From: a virus
Reading direction: 5' to 3' (one strand)
Virus record (IMG/VR): IMGVR_UViG_3300002091_000031
Coordinates: 973-64,972 of that record
DNA length: 64,000 nt
Every line of letters starts with the position of its first letter. Position 1 is the stretch's first letter. Below are positions 29,906 through 40,525 of this stretch, piece after piece. The notes beneath the pieces are model-generated. The model saw nothing but the letters and a program-made list of their open reading frames with translations, ran no database searches and was not told where the DNA came from. The position numbers and the translations under genes are program-made.

Positions 29906-32050
29906 ATGTCATATATAATTCCAAGTACATCACCATTCGTTTCAATAAAATTGACTGACATTGGTAGAAATAAACTAGCACAAGGACAATTGAATTTTTC
30001 ATATTGGGCTATCGGTGATTCTGAAATTGATTATAATAGGGAGCAATTAGTTAATGCTAATCAAAGTGACCTTACATTATCGGCGACTTCAAAAGTCTTT
30101 AGAACTTTTGATTTACAACCAAATATTAAATCATTTATAACTCCCGTTGGCGGTTCAAATTTGAATGCGTTAACGCCAGCAAATATTAATGTTGTACAAG
30201 CAACTGTTAATAATCAGGCAACTGAACGAGGATTTTTTGTTAATAATGGTACTAATTATACCACTCAAATCAATTCACCATACACATTATCTGTTATCTC
30301 AATACCTAACTCTACAATAACTGGGGGAACGTCAATTGTAATACCTTACGGAAGTATATTAACTGTATCAAGCTTTATTAGGTTAAATTTAAATACTAAT
30401 ATTAGTACTACTGCTTCAGGAATTGATAATACAACACCAAATGTGAACCTTTGGTATAAGATTCAAAATACTGGTTATACTTCAACAGGTTCTGTTTTAG
30501 TTACAGTTGACAGAGCTTTACCTAACTTCTCAGTTTATGGCGGTAATTCATATATGTTTGTTTATCCAAATGGTGAAGTTGCCAATACTTTCGGAAGTAC
30601 TACATCAACAGCATATTGGGATAGCGGTACATTGTCATTTGATTCAGCGACTAATATAACTTGTTCTGATGTTAAGGTTTGGAACATGAATAATGTATTT
30701 ACTGAGAATTTAGCTGGTATTACTGGTCTATCAACGACAAATTTATATGAAAACTTTACTAAATTTGGGTCATATACATACACTGGTACAAAGAATCCTT
30801 ACTTAGAGTATTTAACACAAACAAACTCAACCGAATCACAAGTTAATTGTAATGGTACTGGGTATAGTTATCCAGATGTTATTAGTAAATCAATCTCAAT
30901 TATTCATTACACTAATAATACAATTTCTAATCTTTATGGTGATTTTTTATTCATTGATACAACAAATAATAAATTAGTTAATATTACATTACCTGATTTA
31001 ATGTATCATAGGGCTAATTATAGTACTGCTTCTGGAACAACAATGGGAATGTCATTCATTTCGAGCGGTGCAACGAAGACAATTGGAACTAGTAATATTC
31101 AGTATATACCATTAATCGAAAATCCAGCTTATATTGGAAATTCAATACCATTAGTTGTTGGTAAAGTTCTACCACAATTGAAGATTATTGTTATTGATAA
31201 CGATGAAATTGTTGCCGCTTTATCATATAAATCAAATAGGTCATGGACATTACCAGCATTATCGGCCACACTTACACAACCTGTAGGTACAACTGGTATT
31301 TTAGGTGTGGACCAAACAATGTATCTTACATATGCTCTTGATAATACATCTGGAAGTGGATTTACAGCGACATTACCATGCCAATCTTACATAAAGATAA
31401 CTAATACTACACCTAGCTCAATGGATGTACAATTTGCTATTAATGCGTTGAATCAATTCCCATATATGAGAAAGTTAGAATCAACAAATTATGATGGTTT
31501 AGGTTTTTACACAAATAAGTTCAAATTAGTTTATCAAATAGTAACTGATGTTAATGTTAGACCAGATGCTGGTAGTTGGAAAACCTATGATTATACATCA
31601 ACATTATTAACTAGTATTTCTGGTCAGACAATTGACCCTAAATTGCTTGAAAATCAATTACCAATAGCAAATAATTTTATATTAACAACTGCAATTGGGT
31701 CAGCGTCAACAATTTACGATATAACACAAAGTTTATCAATGGCACCAAATACGAATAATAACATTTTACAATTTGGCGATGAAAGATTTTTCTATGGTAA
31801 TGTTCAAACTTATATTGGGTCTAATATTTATAAGACAATTTTTGATATTAGCGTAAATTCTGCTCAATTTACAACCACAACTAATCCAACTAGAAGTACA
31901 CAATTATCAACTAATCCACCACCAATCGAAGTAACTGAGGTTGGTATATATGACAATAATAATAATTTGGTTGTAATCGGAAAGGTTAGTCAACCAGTAC
32001 AATTAACCTCAAACGATACAATAATGTTTGAGTTGAGCTTAGATTTTTAA
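29906..32050 (+). CDS. Tail-collar/fibre-base protein (DUF3751-like ends around a large insert)
   Basis: N-terminal LTDIGR...AIGDS and C-terminal VTEVGIYDNNNNLVVIGK...P. Confidence 0.55.
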   Translation: MSYIIPSTSPFVSIKLTDIGRNKLAQGQLNFSYWAIGDSEIDYNREQLVNANQSDLTLSATSKVFRTFDLQPNIKSFITPVGGSNLNALTPANINVVQATVNNQATERGFFVNNGTNYTTQINSPYTLSVISIPNSTITGGTSIVIPYGSILTVSSFIRLNLNTNISTTASGIDNTTPNVNLWYKIQNTGYTSTGSVLVTVDRALPNFSVYGGNSYMFVYPNGEVANTFGSTTSTAYWDSGTLSFDSATNITCSDVKVWNMNNVFTENLAGITGLSTTNLYENFTKFGSYTYTGTKNPYLEYLTQTNSTESQVNCNGTGYSYPDVISKSISIIHYTNNTISNLYGDFLFIDTTNNKLVNITLPDLMYHRANYSTASGTTMGMSFISSGATKTIGTSNIQYIPLIENPAYIGNSIPLVVGKVLPQLKIIVIDNDEIVAALSYKSNRSWTLPALSATLTQPVGTTGILGVDQTMYLTYALDNTSGSGFTATLPCQSYIKITNTTPSSMDVQFAINALNQFPYMRKLESTNYDGLGFYTNKFKLVYQIVTDVNVRPDAGSWKTYDYTSTLLTSISGQTIDPKLLENQLPIANNFILTTAIGSASTIYDITQSLSMAPNTNNNILQFGDERFFYGNVQTYIGSNIYKTIFDISVNSAQFTTTTNPTRSTQLSTNPPPIEVTEVGIYDNNNNLVVIGKVSQPVQLTSNDTIMFELSLDF

Positions 32051-32061
32051 TTAATAAAGAC

Positions 32062-33258
32062 ATGGGATACAATACATCATCAGTAAATTTAAACTTAACG
32101 GCAAAATTAACTCCTTTAGGTAGACAAAAAATAATTACAACCGATAATGGTTTAATTACTTATTTTAGCTTGGGTGATTCTGATGCTAACTATAATGCTG
32201 CATTACCGTTATTATCTGGCCAAGTACCAACTAATAGTGGTAATGTTGGTGCTACATCTTCATCTAGTAATAGTGTGGGGTCTAACGCATCAATTAAGAG
32301 TAACCTGATTGTTAATTCAGCAGGTGGCACTAGAAAATTTGTTGAAACACAATCATCAGGTATTACATTAACTTATGTACCACTAGGTTTAAATACTGTT
32401 ACTAATAATAACTTAACACAAAATGTTATTAATAGAAATAATGTTAATACTGACCCATTGGTTAATCTTTACTATAGTTTTAACCTATCTTTAAACTCAA
32501 CTACTGATAATAATTTAACAGGAGTTACATCAACATATGGTGGTTATTCAGATACTGCATTAAGTGGCCTAGCGGTTACTAATATTTTAGCGATAGCTAT
32601 CAATAATTCACAATATGGTGAAATGTTAGATGGTAAGTCTATCAAAGCCGTATTATCAACATCAGCAGGTACATCATATACTATCTATAGTACATTTGAG
32701 AATATAAATCAATCATTAGCTACTCAAGATGCTAATTACGTTGACCCATCAACAGATGCATCATTATTTGGTAACGTTGCATTTTTAGTATCGGATGATA
32801 TTATGAAACCTAACGGTGGTAACCCAACTCTAAGTTGGTCAACAGGATTCAATACGATAAAACCTTTTTCTGTTAATGGAAAGAGTCTTTTAAATAGACA
32901 AACAAATACAAATTTAAATCTTACTGCCGATACTATTGTTGGTATAGCTTATCTTGATAAGGGTATTTTAGTTATTACACACCCAGCAATTGTTAATAAT
33001 TTCAGTGCTGTAACAGCGACTACAGTATCATTTGGTAGCGTTTCAACGGTTGTTCAACAAAATATTACTTGTTTAGCTAATAGAGGTGAATTTGGTACAT
33101 CAACAAATCCAACATTTACCATATCAGATTCACCTAGAATCACTGAAGTTGGCTTATATGATGCATCCAATAATTTAATCGCCATAGCTAAAACAGATAG
33201 GCAACTAGTTAAGAAAATTAATGATTTTTTTGCTTTATCAATCAATTTAACTATATAA
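32062..33258 (+). CDS. Tail-collar/fibre-base protein, paralogue of the preceding gene
   Basis: LTPLGR...SLGDS and ITEVGLYDASNNLIAIAK. Confidence 0.55.
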   Translation: MGYNTSSVNLNLTAKLTPLGRQKIITTDNGLITYFSLGDSDANYNAALPLLSGQVPTNSGNVGATSSSSNSVGSNASIKSNLIVNSAGGTRKFVETQSSGITLTYVPLGLNTVTNNNLTQNVINRNNVNTDPLVNLYYSFNLSLNSTTDNNLTGVTSTYGGYSDTALSGLAVTNILAIAINNSQYGEMLDGKSIKAVLSTSAGTSYTIYSTFENINQSLATQDANYVDPSTDASLFGNVAFLVSDDIMKPNGGNPTLSWSTGFNTIKPFSVNGKSLLNRQTNTNLNLTADTIVGIAYLDKGILVITHPAIVNNFSAVTATTVSFGSVSTVVQQNITCLANRGEFGTSTNPTFTISDSPRITEVGLYDASNNLIAIAKTDRQLVKKINDFFALSINLTI

Positions 33259-33308
33259 GCTTTATTTTTTGATTTAAACAAGTATATTCTCCACAAATTT
33301 GTTATAAA

Positions 33309-33959
33309 ATGGAAAATAATTTAATACTTGGGCTTGATGTGTCAACTAAGACAATCGGTATCGCCTTATTTGAGGATAATGGTAAGAATGGTGATTTAAA
33401 GTTGTTACATCATGTAACACCTAAGGTTAAGCCTACACCAGAATCAAAAATGGAAGAGCTTTTTGAAAAAGCTAGGATTTTTGAAAAAGAATTCTTAAAT
33501 AATTATGCTAATGTGGGAATCACAAAAGTAATAATAGAGGAACCTCTTTTACAGTCTAACAATGTTTACACAATTGCAACACTATTAAGATTTAATGGTA
33601 TGATAGCTAGGTCCGTTTACGAAACGCTAGGTGTTGTACCAGATTTTATTTCTTCCCATGATGCAAGAAAATATGGTTTTCCCGAACTATTAGCAATCAG
33701 AAAAACTAAGAAAGATGGTACTGCAAGAACTGAAAAAGAGATTGCAAAAAGTGAGCCAGTTTTATTTGGTGGTTTTGATTTTGATGCAGATAAAAAAATG
33801 ATTATTTGGGAATTAGTTTCCGATTTAGAACCACAAATTCCTTGGTTATACGACAAAAAAAACAAGTTAAAGATTGAAAACTTTGACATGACAGATGCAT
33901 TTACTGCCGTTCTCGGTTACATGCATAAAGAAAATTTGTGGGAACCAAAGAAAAAATAA
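33309..33959 (+). CDS. ruvC: RuvC-like Holliday junction resolvase
   Basis: ILGLDVST, IIEEP and DMTDA catalytic pattern. Confidence 0.75.
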   Translation: MENNLILGLDVSTKTIGIALFEDNGKNGDLKLLHHVTPKVKPTPESKMEELFEKARIFEKEFLNNYANVGITKVIIEEPLLQSNNVYTIATLLRFNGMIARSVYETLGVVPDFISSHDARKYGFPELLAIRKTKKDGTARTEKEIAKSEPVLFGGFDFDADKKMIIWELVSDLEPQIPWLYDKKNKLKIENFDMTDAFTAVLGYMHKENLWEPKKK

Positions 33960-33991
33960 TTTGCATTCTAGTCTTATTTTTCGTACATTTG
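33960..33991 (+). promoter_or_regulatory. Bacteroidota-type promoter for the primase
   Basis: TTTG-N20-TACATTTG. Confidence 0.75.
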
Positions 33992-33995
33992 CCAT

Positions 33996-34934
33996 GTGCC
34001 TTATATTTCAAGTATATTAGAGAGTTTTTTAGGTGAAGCGAGAAAACATAATGAGGATTCAGGACAGATAAGTTTTGACTGCCCTGCGTGTTCTCGTGAT
34101 AAAGGTATGCCCTTTGGTGATGGTAAGGGTAACCTTGAAATTAACTATGAAAAAGATGTCTTTAAGTGCTGGGTTTGTAAAGATACCCATTACATGTATG
34201 GGTCCATAATTAAGTTAATTAAAAAATATGGTAATGAGCGACATCTTCGTGATTATAAGCTCTTAAAGCCAGAAGCGTTCCTATCTAAAGAGGACCGTAT
34301 ACATATTTCAGTAACATTACCTGAAGGATATAAACCATTAAAAGATTGTACATACCGTGATTTTAAATATACTTCAGCGATGAATTATCTTACTAAGCGT
34401 GGAATCACTAAAGATATTATTGAGAAGTATGAGATAGGTTATACAACTAGGGGCCAATTCTTTAATAGAATTATCATACCGTCATATGATGAAGATAAAG
34501 TTTTAAATTACTTTATTGCTCGATGGTTTGATTGGAAGTATAATAAAATAAAATACTTGAACCCCGAAGTCGAAAAGCAATCAATAATCTTTAATGAGTA
34601 TTTTATTAATTGGGACTCAACGATATATTTGGTTGAAGGCGCAACCGACCATATTGTAGTACCTAATTCAATACCTCTCTTAGGTAAATATATTTCAGAT
34701 GATTTACTCTATAAACTCCATGAAAAATCTAGTGCCAATATTGTAATATTACTTGATGGCGATGCACAAGAAGATGCTAAATTGTTATATAATAAGCTAA
34801 ATTTTGGTAATCTTGTTGGTCGAATTAGAATAATTTCACCTAAAGAAGAATATGACCCTTCATTAATAAATGAAACATTTGGTAGGCGAGGAATAATTGA
34901 ATTATTACGTCACCCATATAAATTAGTTGCATAA
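33996..34934 (+). CDS. DNA primase (zinc finger plus Toprim)
   Basis: CPAC...CWVC, RIIIP, VEGATD and LDGD. Confidence 0.88.
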   Translation: MPYISSILESFLGEARKHNEDSGQISFDCPACSRDKGMPFGDGKGNLEINYEKDVFKCWVCKDTHYMYGSIIKLIKKYGNERHLRDYKLLKPEAFLSKEDRIHISVTLPEGYKPLKDCTYRDFKYTSAMNYLTKRGITKDIIEKYEIGYTTRGQFFNRIIIPSYDEDKVLNYFIARWFDWKYNKIKYLNPEVEKQSIIFNEYFINWDSTIYLVEGATDHIVVPNSIPLLGKYISDDLLYKLHEKSSANIVILLDGDAQEDAKLLYNKLNFGNLVGRIRIISPKEEYDPSLINETFGRRGIIELLRHPYKLVA

Positions 34935-34957
34935 AATTGATTTTTTTAGTATCTTTG
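34927..34957 (+). promoter_or_regulatory. Bacteroidota-type promoter
   Basis: TTG-N20-TATCTTTG. Confidence 0.65.
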
Positions 34958-34975
34958 TAACTAAAAATAAGTTTA

Positions 34976-35761
34976 ATGAGTGTAGCAAAAATGTGGGAAG
35001 GCCCAGTGTTCCTTGAACCAATAGAACATAAATATCACCATAGGGTGACAGGTAAGATATATAAATCAGTAACTACAACACTATCATCAATTGAGCCGCA
35101 TTTCGATGCGCAAGCTGTTTCTTTAGCGATATGTAAACAAATGGATTCAGTTAAGCAAGAAAGGTATATTGGTATGAGCCAACAGGAAATACTTGATTTC
35201 TGGCAAATGTTAAATGATGAGGCTAACATATATGGTACTAGGGTCCATAATATAATGGAAAAGTATTTGTTAGCGAATAAATGGTATTTTCCAGCTGATG
35301 ATGAAGAAGGTCTATTTGAACAGAAGGTAATTGATTCATTTAACGCTTTAAAAATAGATGAAGGGCGAGCTATGTGGCCAGAACGAATATTATTCAGTGA
35401 ACAATATGAGTTAGCTGGTATGAGTGATTTAATTGTTGATATTGATGATGTTTTCTTTGATGTTGGTGACTATAAAACAAATCGGGTGTTTAATTTCTAT
35501 AATCCTTTTGGTTACGAGACTTTATTAAAGCCTTTCGATTACATGCAGAACTGCCAGTGGAGTATTTATACGCTACAGCTTTCAATTTATGCTAGAATGT
35601 ATGAATTAGAATTTGGTGGTAAAAGAAGATGTCGCCAAATTTACGTTATGTATTGGGATAAAGAAAAGATGGAATTTCAGAAAATACAAATCATGTATAT
35701 GAGGTTAGAAGCGCAAAAATTAATCGAAATGCATTATTATAATATTATGAAAGCTGCATAA
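34976..35761 (+). CDS. PD-(D/E)XK exonuclease (RecB/Cas4-like phage nuclease)
   Basis: SVTT, GTRVH, E...AGMSD...GDYKT and LQLSIY. Confidence 0.85.
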   Translation: MSVAKMWEGPVFLEPIEHKYHHRVTGKIYKSVTTTLSSIEPHFDAQAVSLAICKQMDSVKQERYIGMSQQEILDFWQMLNDEANIYGTRVHNIMEKYLLANKWYFPADDEEGLFEQKVIDSFNALKIDEGRAMWPERILFSEQYELAGMSDLIVDIDDVFFDVGDYKTNRVFNFYNPFGYETLLKPFDYMQNCQWSIYTLQLSIYARMYELEFGGKRRCRQIYVMYWDKEKMEFQKIQIMYMRLEAQKLIEMHYYNIMKAA

Positions 35762-36255
35762 TGAAAAAAATAATACATAAATACTTAGACTCTAATTATT
35801 ACATTATTGGAACGTATGTTTATCCAATAGAAATTAAATTTTCATTAGTTGACGGTAAATTTAATAATACAAAATTAGAAGATTTTGTTTACGCTTACTA
35901 TATATTTCCAGAAGTTAACAAGATTTTTAGTATTACAAAAAAACAATTTAAATGGTACCTTAAAAGTTGGTGCCGAAGTAAAAACAAGGGGTTTAATTTT
36001 CGTAAGGTTTGGGTTGTGAATTTAACCGCTGACCATAACCCAATTAAAATAGTTGATTGGAAGTTGTGCCTAAATCGAACAGATAATAGAGATTTTAAAC
36101 CCACTAAAAAAGAAAAAGTAATCTGGAATAATATATGTAAACAATATATTTCAGTTATTAAAGGTGAACTTAAGGAAATTGACGTTGAAGATGTTGAAAC
36201 AATAACTAAAAAAAATGATTTAATAGACTTTTATCGTAAATCAATAGTTAAATAA
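35761..36255 (+). CDS. Hypothetical protein
   Basis: TAATG-coupled 164-aa ORF. Confidence 0.6.
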   Translation: MKKIIHKYLDSNYYIIGTYVYPIEIKFSLVDGKFNNTKLEDFVYAYYIFPEVNKIFSITKKQFKWYLKSWCRSKNKGFNFRKVWVVNLTADHNPIKIVDWKLCLNRTDNRDFKPTKKEKVIWNNICKQYISVIKGELKEIDVEDVETITKKNDLIDFYRKSIVK

Positions 36256-36748
36256 TCTTCTTTAAATTTTCAATATCGGGGTTATCTTTAGTTGCAATTA
36301 GGATACCATTTTTACCCTTAAAGCTTATAAATTCGGGGTCAGTTGATAGTTTACCTAGTATTTTATTTATTACCTCTGTGTTAACAGTTCTACCCTTACC
36401 GCAATAAATGTGACCAAATTCATTGATAAAGCATTTAAAAATCTTATAACCTAAACCTAAGCCTTGTATTGTTTCAGATAGAAACATGTGTGGTTGAAAG
36501 AAGGTATTATGAATTAATTGAATTTGAAATTTAATACCAGCTGAGATATTATTAAGACTTTCGTTAGTAAAGCTAACGTTAATATAAAGTAGGTTCCTAT
36601 TTTGCTCCCCTTTTTCCAATATAATATCGTTATAATTAATACTTTTAATTATTGAAGCTTCATCAGGTGTAATCTGAATGTTAGCTGGTACATTCGCCGA
36701 TGGAATACCTAATGCTTCCCGTAACTTTATTTTTATAAAATCTTGCAT
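36248..36748 (-). CDS. Hypothetical protein with a GNAT motif A-like segment
   Basis: Likely start MQDFIKIKLREAL at 36748; ETIQGLGLGYKIFK; TATTTAT on the minus strand at 36762-36768. Confidence 0.55.
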   Translation of the reverse strand: MQDFIKIKLREALGIPSANVPANIQITPDEASIIKSINYNDIILEKGEQNRNLLYINVSFTNESLNNISAGIKFQIQLIHNTFFQPHMFLSETIQGLGLGYKIFKCFINEFGHIYCGKGRTVNTEVINKILGKLSTDPEFISFKGKNGILIATKDNPDIENLKKII

Positions 36749-36768
36749 ATCTTTATTTACAATAAATA

Positions 36769-36800
36769 TTTGCAAAGATAAATAAAAAAACGTATCTTTG
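36769..36800 (+). promoter_or_regulatory. Bacteroidota-type promoter for sbcD/sbcC
   Basis: TTTG-N20-TATCTTTG. Confidence 0.75.
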
Positions 36801-36814
36801 TACGAAACAAAGCT

Positions 36815-37627
36815 ATGATTAAAAAAATTATACATTTAGCCGACATACACATACGTACATATAGGCTTCACGATGAATATAAGGACGTTTTTAGGACGTT
36901 TATTAGCCAGATAAAGGATTTGGTCAAGGACTATACTAGAGAGGAAATTAGGATAGTTATTGTAGGTGATTTAGTTCATCAGAAGATTGTTATTTCAAAC
37001 GAACAATTGATTCTTGGTACTTGGTTTATAAAACAACTTGAAGAAATTGCACCAGTGATTATTATTGCTGGTAATCACGACTTACTTGAAAATAATAAGG
37101 ATAGGATGGATAGTATCACGCCAATGGTTCAATTTCTTGGAGACTTAAATGTGAACTATTTCAAGGAATCAAAGTGTTATCTGGATGATAATGTTGTTTG
37201 GTGTGTTTATTCAATTTACGAAGAAAATGCGAGGCCAGATATTGAGTCAGCTAGAGCACAATTTGGCGATGATAAATTCTATGTTGGATTATTTCATGCA
37301 CCTATTGTAAATGCTAAGACAGATATAGGTTATGAGTTTGAACATGGTGCATCTTTGGATGTATTCAATAATTGTGATGCGGTAATGCTTGGCGATATAC
37401 ATAAACGTCAGGCATTTGTTCATAAGGGTATTAATATAGCTTATCCTAGTTCATTAATACAACAAAATTTTGGTGAGAACGTTAGCAAACATGGTTATCT
37501 TGTTTGGGATGTACAAACTAAAAATTTTAAAGAATATGATGTTTATAATCCATATTCATTATACAATTTTAAGATTAAGTCTTTAGAGGATTTAACAAAT
37601 AATACTGAGGTGATTACTAATTTGTAA
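36815..37627 (+). CDS. sbcD: SbcD/Mre11/gp47-like metallophosphoesterase nuclease
   Basis: ADIH, GD, GNHD, FH and GDIH motifs. Confidence 0.9.
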   Translation: MIKKIIHLADIHIRTYRLHDEYKDVFRTFISQIKDLVKDYTREEIRIVIVGDLVHQKIVISNEQLILGTWFIKQLEEIAPVIIIAGNHDLLENNKDRMDSITPMVQFLGDLNVNYFKESKCYLDDNVVWCVYSIYEENARPDIESARAQFGDDKFYVGLFHAPIVNAKTDIGYEFEHGASLDVFNNCDAVMLGDIHKRQAFVHKGINIAYPSSLIQQNFGENVSKHGYLVWDVQTKNFKEYDVYNPYSLYNFKIKSLEDLTNNTEVITNL

Positions 37628-37649
37628 TCATTAACTAAAACAAAAAGAA

Positions 37650-37883
37650 ATGACATTTAAAGAATTAAAAGAGTTCGTTAACAGTATCCCAGAAGAATTT
37701 GATTCCTTCGAAGTTATGAACGGTGAAGTTGGGTATTTAGACCCAGAAGATGACGATAGCATGGTATATCGTGTTGATAAACCAATTGTGGCTTTATATG
37801 TGGATGAACACACTAATGAAGTTTGCTTCTTTCATCAGACACAAGAGGACGTTAACCAAACATTCCCCAATGGAAATACCTAA
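37650..37883 (+). CDS. Hypothetical acidic protein
   Basis: 77-aa ORF with an A-rich start. Confidence 0.65.
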   Translation: MTFKELKEFVNSIPEEFDSFEVMNGEVGYLDPEDDDSMVYRVDKPIVALYVDEHTNEVCFFHQTQEDVNQTFPNGNT

Positions 37884-38139
37884 GGATTTACGAACTGACA
37901 TTTACCTTTATTGTAAAGCTAATGACATAACGGATTATGATGCCTTTATGATTAAATGTATGCGTCAGGGATTTACAATTGAAAAATTTGGTGTTGCACC
38001 ACAAATAGGTAATAAGAAGGTTGAAACAATTAGCGTTGAGCCTGTTGTTGAATCTATTTCAGAACCTAAAATTGAAGAGGTTAAGGTACCCGAAAAAAAG
38101 AAAAATCAAAAACCGAATACAAACATTTATGGAGAATAA
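37870..38139 (+). CDS. Hypothetical protein (start moved to MEIPKD at 37870)
   Basis: Overlap-coupled on both sides. Confidence 0.6.
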   Translation: MEIPKDLRTDIYLYCKANDITDYDAFMIKCMRQGFTIEKFGVAPQIGNKKVETISVEPVVESISEPKIEEVKVPEKKKNQKPNTNIYGE

Positions 38140-40480
38140 ATTTAACATGTCGCCCTACTCAAGAATTAAGGTGTATTGGGATGATAAACCAGAGAATTAT
38201 AGTAAAGAAGCTAAGAGTAGAATTAAGACTCATTTTAGTAAAAAGTATGGTGTAAATAAGAATAATGTTGATGTTATCTATCGGCCAGTAAAGTTTACCA
38301 ATACTGGTGATGTTATTGAAATTACTGGTGCTAACATTGATAATATAATGGATACTTCTTATCAGCGTGAGTTGATGAAGGAGTGGATTAAGCGTGAAAA
38401 CAAAAATGTTAATTTTGAAAGATTAATAACGCTTGACGATAAAGTCAATGCCGAACTAAATGTTGAAGATAGTCAATCTAATCATAATAGTTGGTCAATC
38501 AAATGGCTTTCAATTAACAATTTTCTATCATTTGGTGAAAATAACTATGTTCCTTTCAATAAATTAAGAGGACTTACTGTTGTTAATTCAATACCAACTA
38601 ATCAAGGTGGTAAAACAACCCTTACAATTGACGCTATTAAATTTTTACTTCATGGTAGTACTACTAAGACTGAAAAAAACGAACAAATTTTTAATACCTA
38701 TTCTGATAAGAATGAATTATTAGTTCGTGGTATGATTGAATTGGATGGTCAAGATGTTATTATCGAAAGAAAGATGAAACGTACCGCTAAGAAGGGTGGT
38801 GATTGGAATGTAACTAATAAAGTTAATTATTATGAAATATTACCTGATGGTGAGGAAAGTCAAATGAACGAGGAAGATGCCAGTAGGACCACAGCTAAAT
38901 TAAAAGCAACCATTGGTAGTGAAAAGGATTTTGAGATGCTTGTATTAGCAACTGAAAAAAACCTAGAAGACCTTATCGGTTTAACTACTAGTGAGAGTGG
39001 TAAAATATTAACTAGATTAATTGGTTTAGAAGTAATTGAAACTAAGGAAGCTATTGTTAGGAAAATGTATAATGAATTCGATAGAAAGAAGAAATCTAAC
39101 GATTATGATGTCCTTACTCTTACTCAAGAAATCGAAGACCATAACGAAAAAATAACTAACGGAAAAGATATTGAATTAACTCTTCTCAATAGACTAGATG
39201 AGGTTAAAAATGATATTGAAAACTTGAAAATTGAGAATGATAGGTTACTTAATAGTAAGATTTCAATTGATGTTGTTATTAGTGCGTTAAACCCATCTAA
39301 ACTAGAAACTGAGATAAAGGATATTATTACTAATGGTACTGGCTTAAAGGAAAAAATTAAAGAATTAAATGAAACTATTAGTGGAATTGGTGTAATAAAC
39401 TTTGATGAAGACCTTCATCATAGATTAACCGCTGAAAATAACCAAATAATGGTTTCGTTAGGTGGTAAAAGAGCTGAAATTAAGCGTTTAGAGAGTACTA
39501 TTAAGGATTTAGTTGAGGGTGGCATTTGTAAGGCTTGTAATCGTAAATTAGATGACGTTGATAATACTGAACATATTGCAACACATCGTAAAATGATTAC
39601 AATTCTTGAAGCTGATATAGAAAAGATAACACTTCGCCAGACTGATGTACAAGAAGAATTAAGTGGTTTAAATGAAACTAAGCGTTTAGTTGACGTTAAG
39701 AATAGAACTGAGTTGGATAGAGATAGACTTGAAGTTGAGGTTGGGTCATTAAGAAATAAAGTTTTAGCTAAACAAAATGACTTAAATAAGTATAAGCTTA
39801 ATGCCGAAGCTATTGAATTTAATCGGACTGTTGATTCCGAGGTATCAATGGTTAAAACAAAACTTACAGTTGCTGACTACAGTAAGGATGATATTCAACT
39901 TAAAATTCAAAAGATAAAGACTGATATTCAAAATAATAAGACCGCTACTGAAACAAAGACTAAATTAATTGAACAAATTAAGAAGGAAGAAGAAATCGAG
40001 AAAATATTCAAGGTCTATATTGAATTAGTAGGTAAAAAGGGTATTAGTAAGTTAGTTTTAAGGTCAGTACTACCAATTATTAATGCTGAGGTAATTAGAT
40101 TACTTGATGAGTGTTGTGATTTCGAAATCGAGATATTTATAGATGATAAGAATGATGTACAATTTTTAATTAATAAGGATGGTGTATCTAAATTGTTAAA
40201 GTCTGGTAGTGGGTTTGAAAAGACGGCCTCCAGCTTAGCTCTTAGAAGCGTTTTAGGTAAAATTTCTAATTTACCAATGCCTAACTTTATAACATTTGAT
40301 GAAATCTTAGGTAAAGTATCTAATGAAAACATTGAAAAATTGAAACCATTGTTTGATAAAATTAAAGGAATGTATGAGATTGTTTTCTTAATTACCCACA
40401 ATGATATAATAAAAGATTGGGGTGACAATATTGTTACAGTACTTAAACCCGATAACATATCAAGTGTAAGAATTAAATAA
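38129..40480 (+). CDS. sbcC: SbcC/Rad50/gp46-like SMC ATPase with an extra N-terminal domain
   Basis: INNFLSFG, Walker A NQGGKTT, coiled coil with CKAC hook, SGSGFE signature, FDE and ITH; start MENKF at 38129. Confidence 0.9.
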   Translation: MENKFNMSPYSRIKVYWDDKPENYSKEAKSRIKTHFSKKYGVNKNNVDVIYRPVKFTNTGDVIEITGANIDNIMDTSYQRELMKEWIKRENKNVNFERLITLDDKVNAELNVEDSQSNHNSWSIKWLSINNFLSFGENNYVPFNKLRGLTVVNSIPTNQGGKTTLTIDAIKFLLHGSTTKTEKNEQIFNTYSDKNELLVRGMIELDGQDVIIERKMKRTAKKGGDWNVTNKVNYYEILPDGEESQMNEEDASRTTAKLKATIGSEKDFEMLVLATEKNLEDLIGLTTSESGKILTRLIGLEVIETKEAIVRKMYNEFDRKKKSNDYDVLTLTQEIEDHNEKITNGKDIELTLLNRLDEVKNDIENLKIENDRLLNSKISIDVVISALNPSKLETEIKDIITNGTGLKEKIKELNETISGIGVINFDEDLHHRLTAENNQIMVSLGGKRAEIKRLESTIKDLVEGGICKACNRKLDDVDNTEHIATHRKMITILEADIEKITLRQTDVQEELSGLNETKRLVDVKNRTELDRDRLEVEVGSLRNKVLAKQNDLNKYKLNAEAIEFNRTVDSEVSMVKTKLTVADYSKDDIQLKIQKIKTDIQNNKTATETKTKLIEQIKKEEEIEKIFKVYIELVGKKGISKLVLRSVLPIINAEVIRLLDECCDFEIEIFIDDKNDVQFLINKDGVSKLLKSGSGFEKTASSLALRSVLGKISNLPMPNFITFDEILGKVSNENIEKLKPLFDKIKGMYEIVFLITHNDIIKDWGDNIVTVLKPDNISSVRIK

Positions 40481-40525
40481 TTTTTATATTTGGCTAGTAT
40501 ATCGTATATTTGCAAAAAAAATGAG

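Noticed and set aside
34976-35761. Cas4 / CRISPR system
   Set aside because: It is a generic phage PD-(D/E)XK nuclease; I found no repeat-spacer array and no other cas genes in the window.
40015-40515. 166-aa antisense ORF over sbcC, and similar antisense ORFs (7995-8396, 40540-40986, 57880-58200)
   Set aside because: They lie fully opposite conserved genes and have the L/S/I-rich composition typical of antisense shadows.
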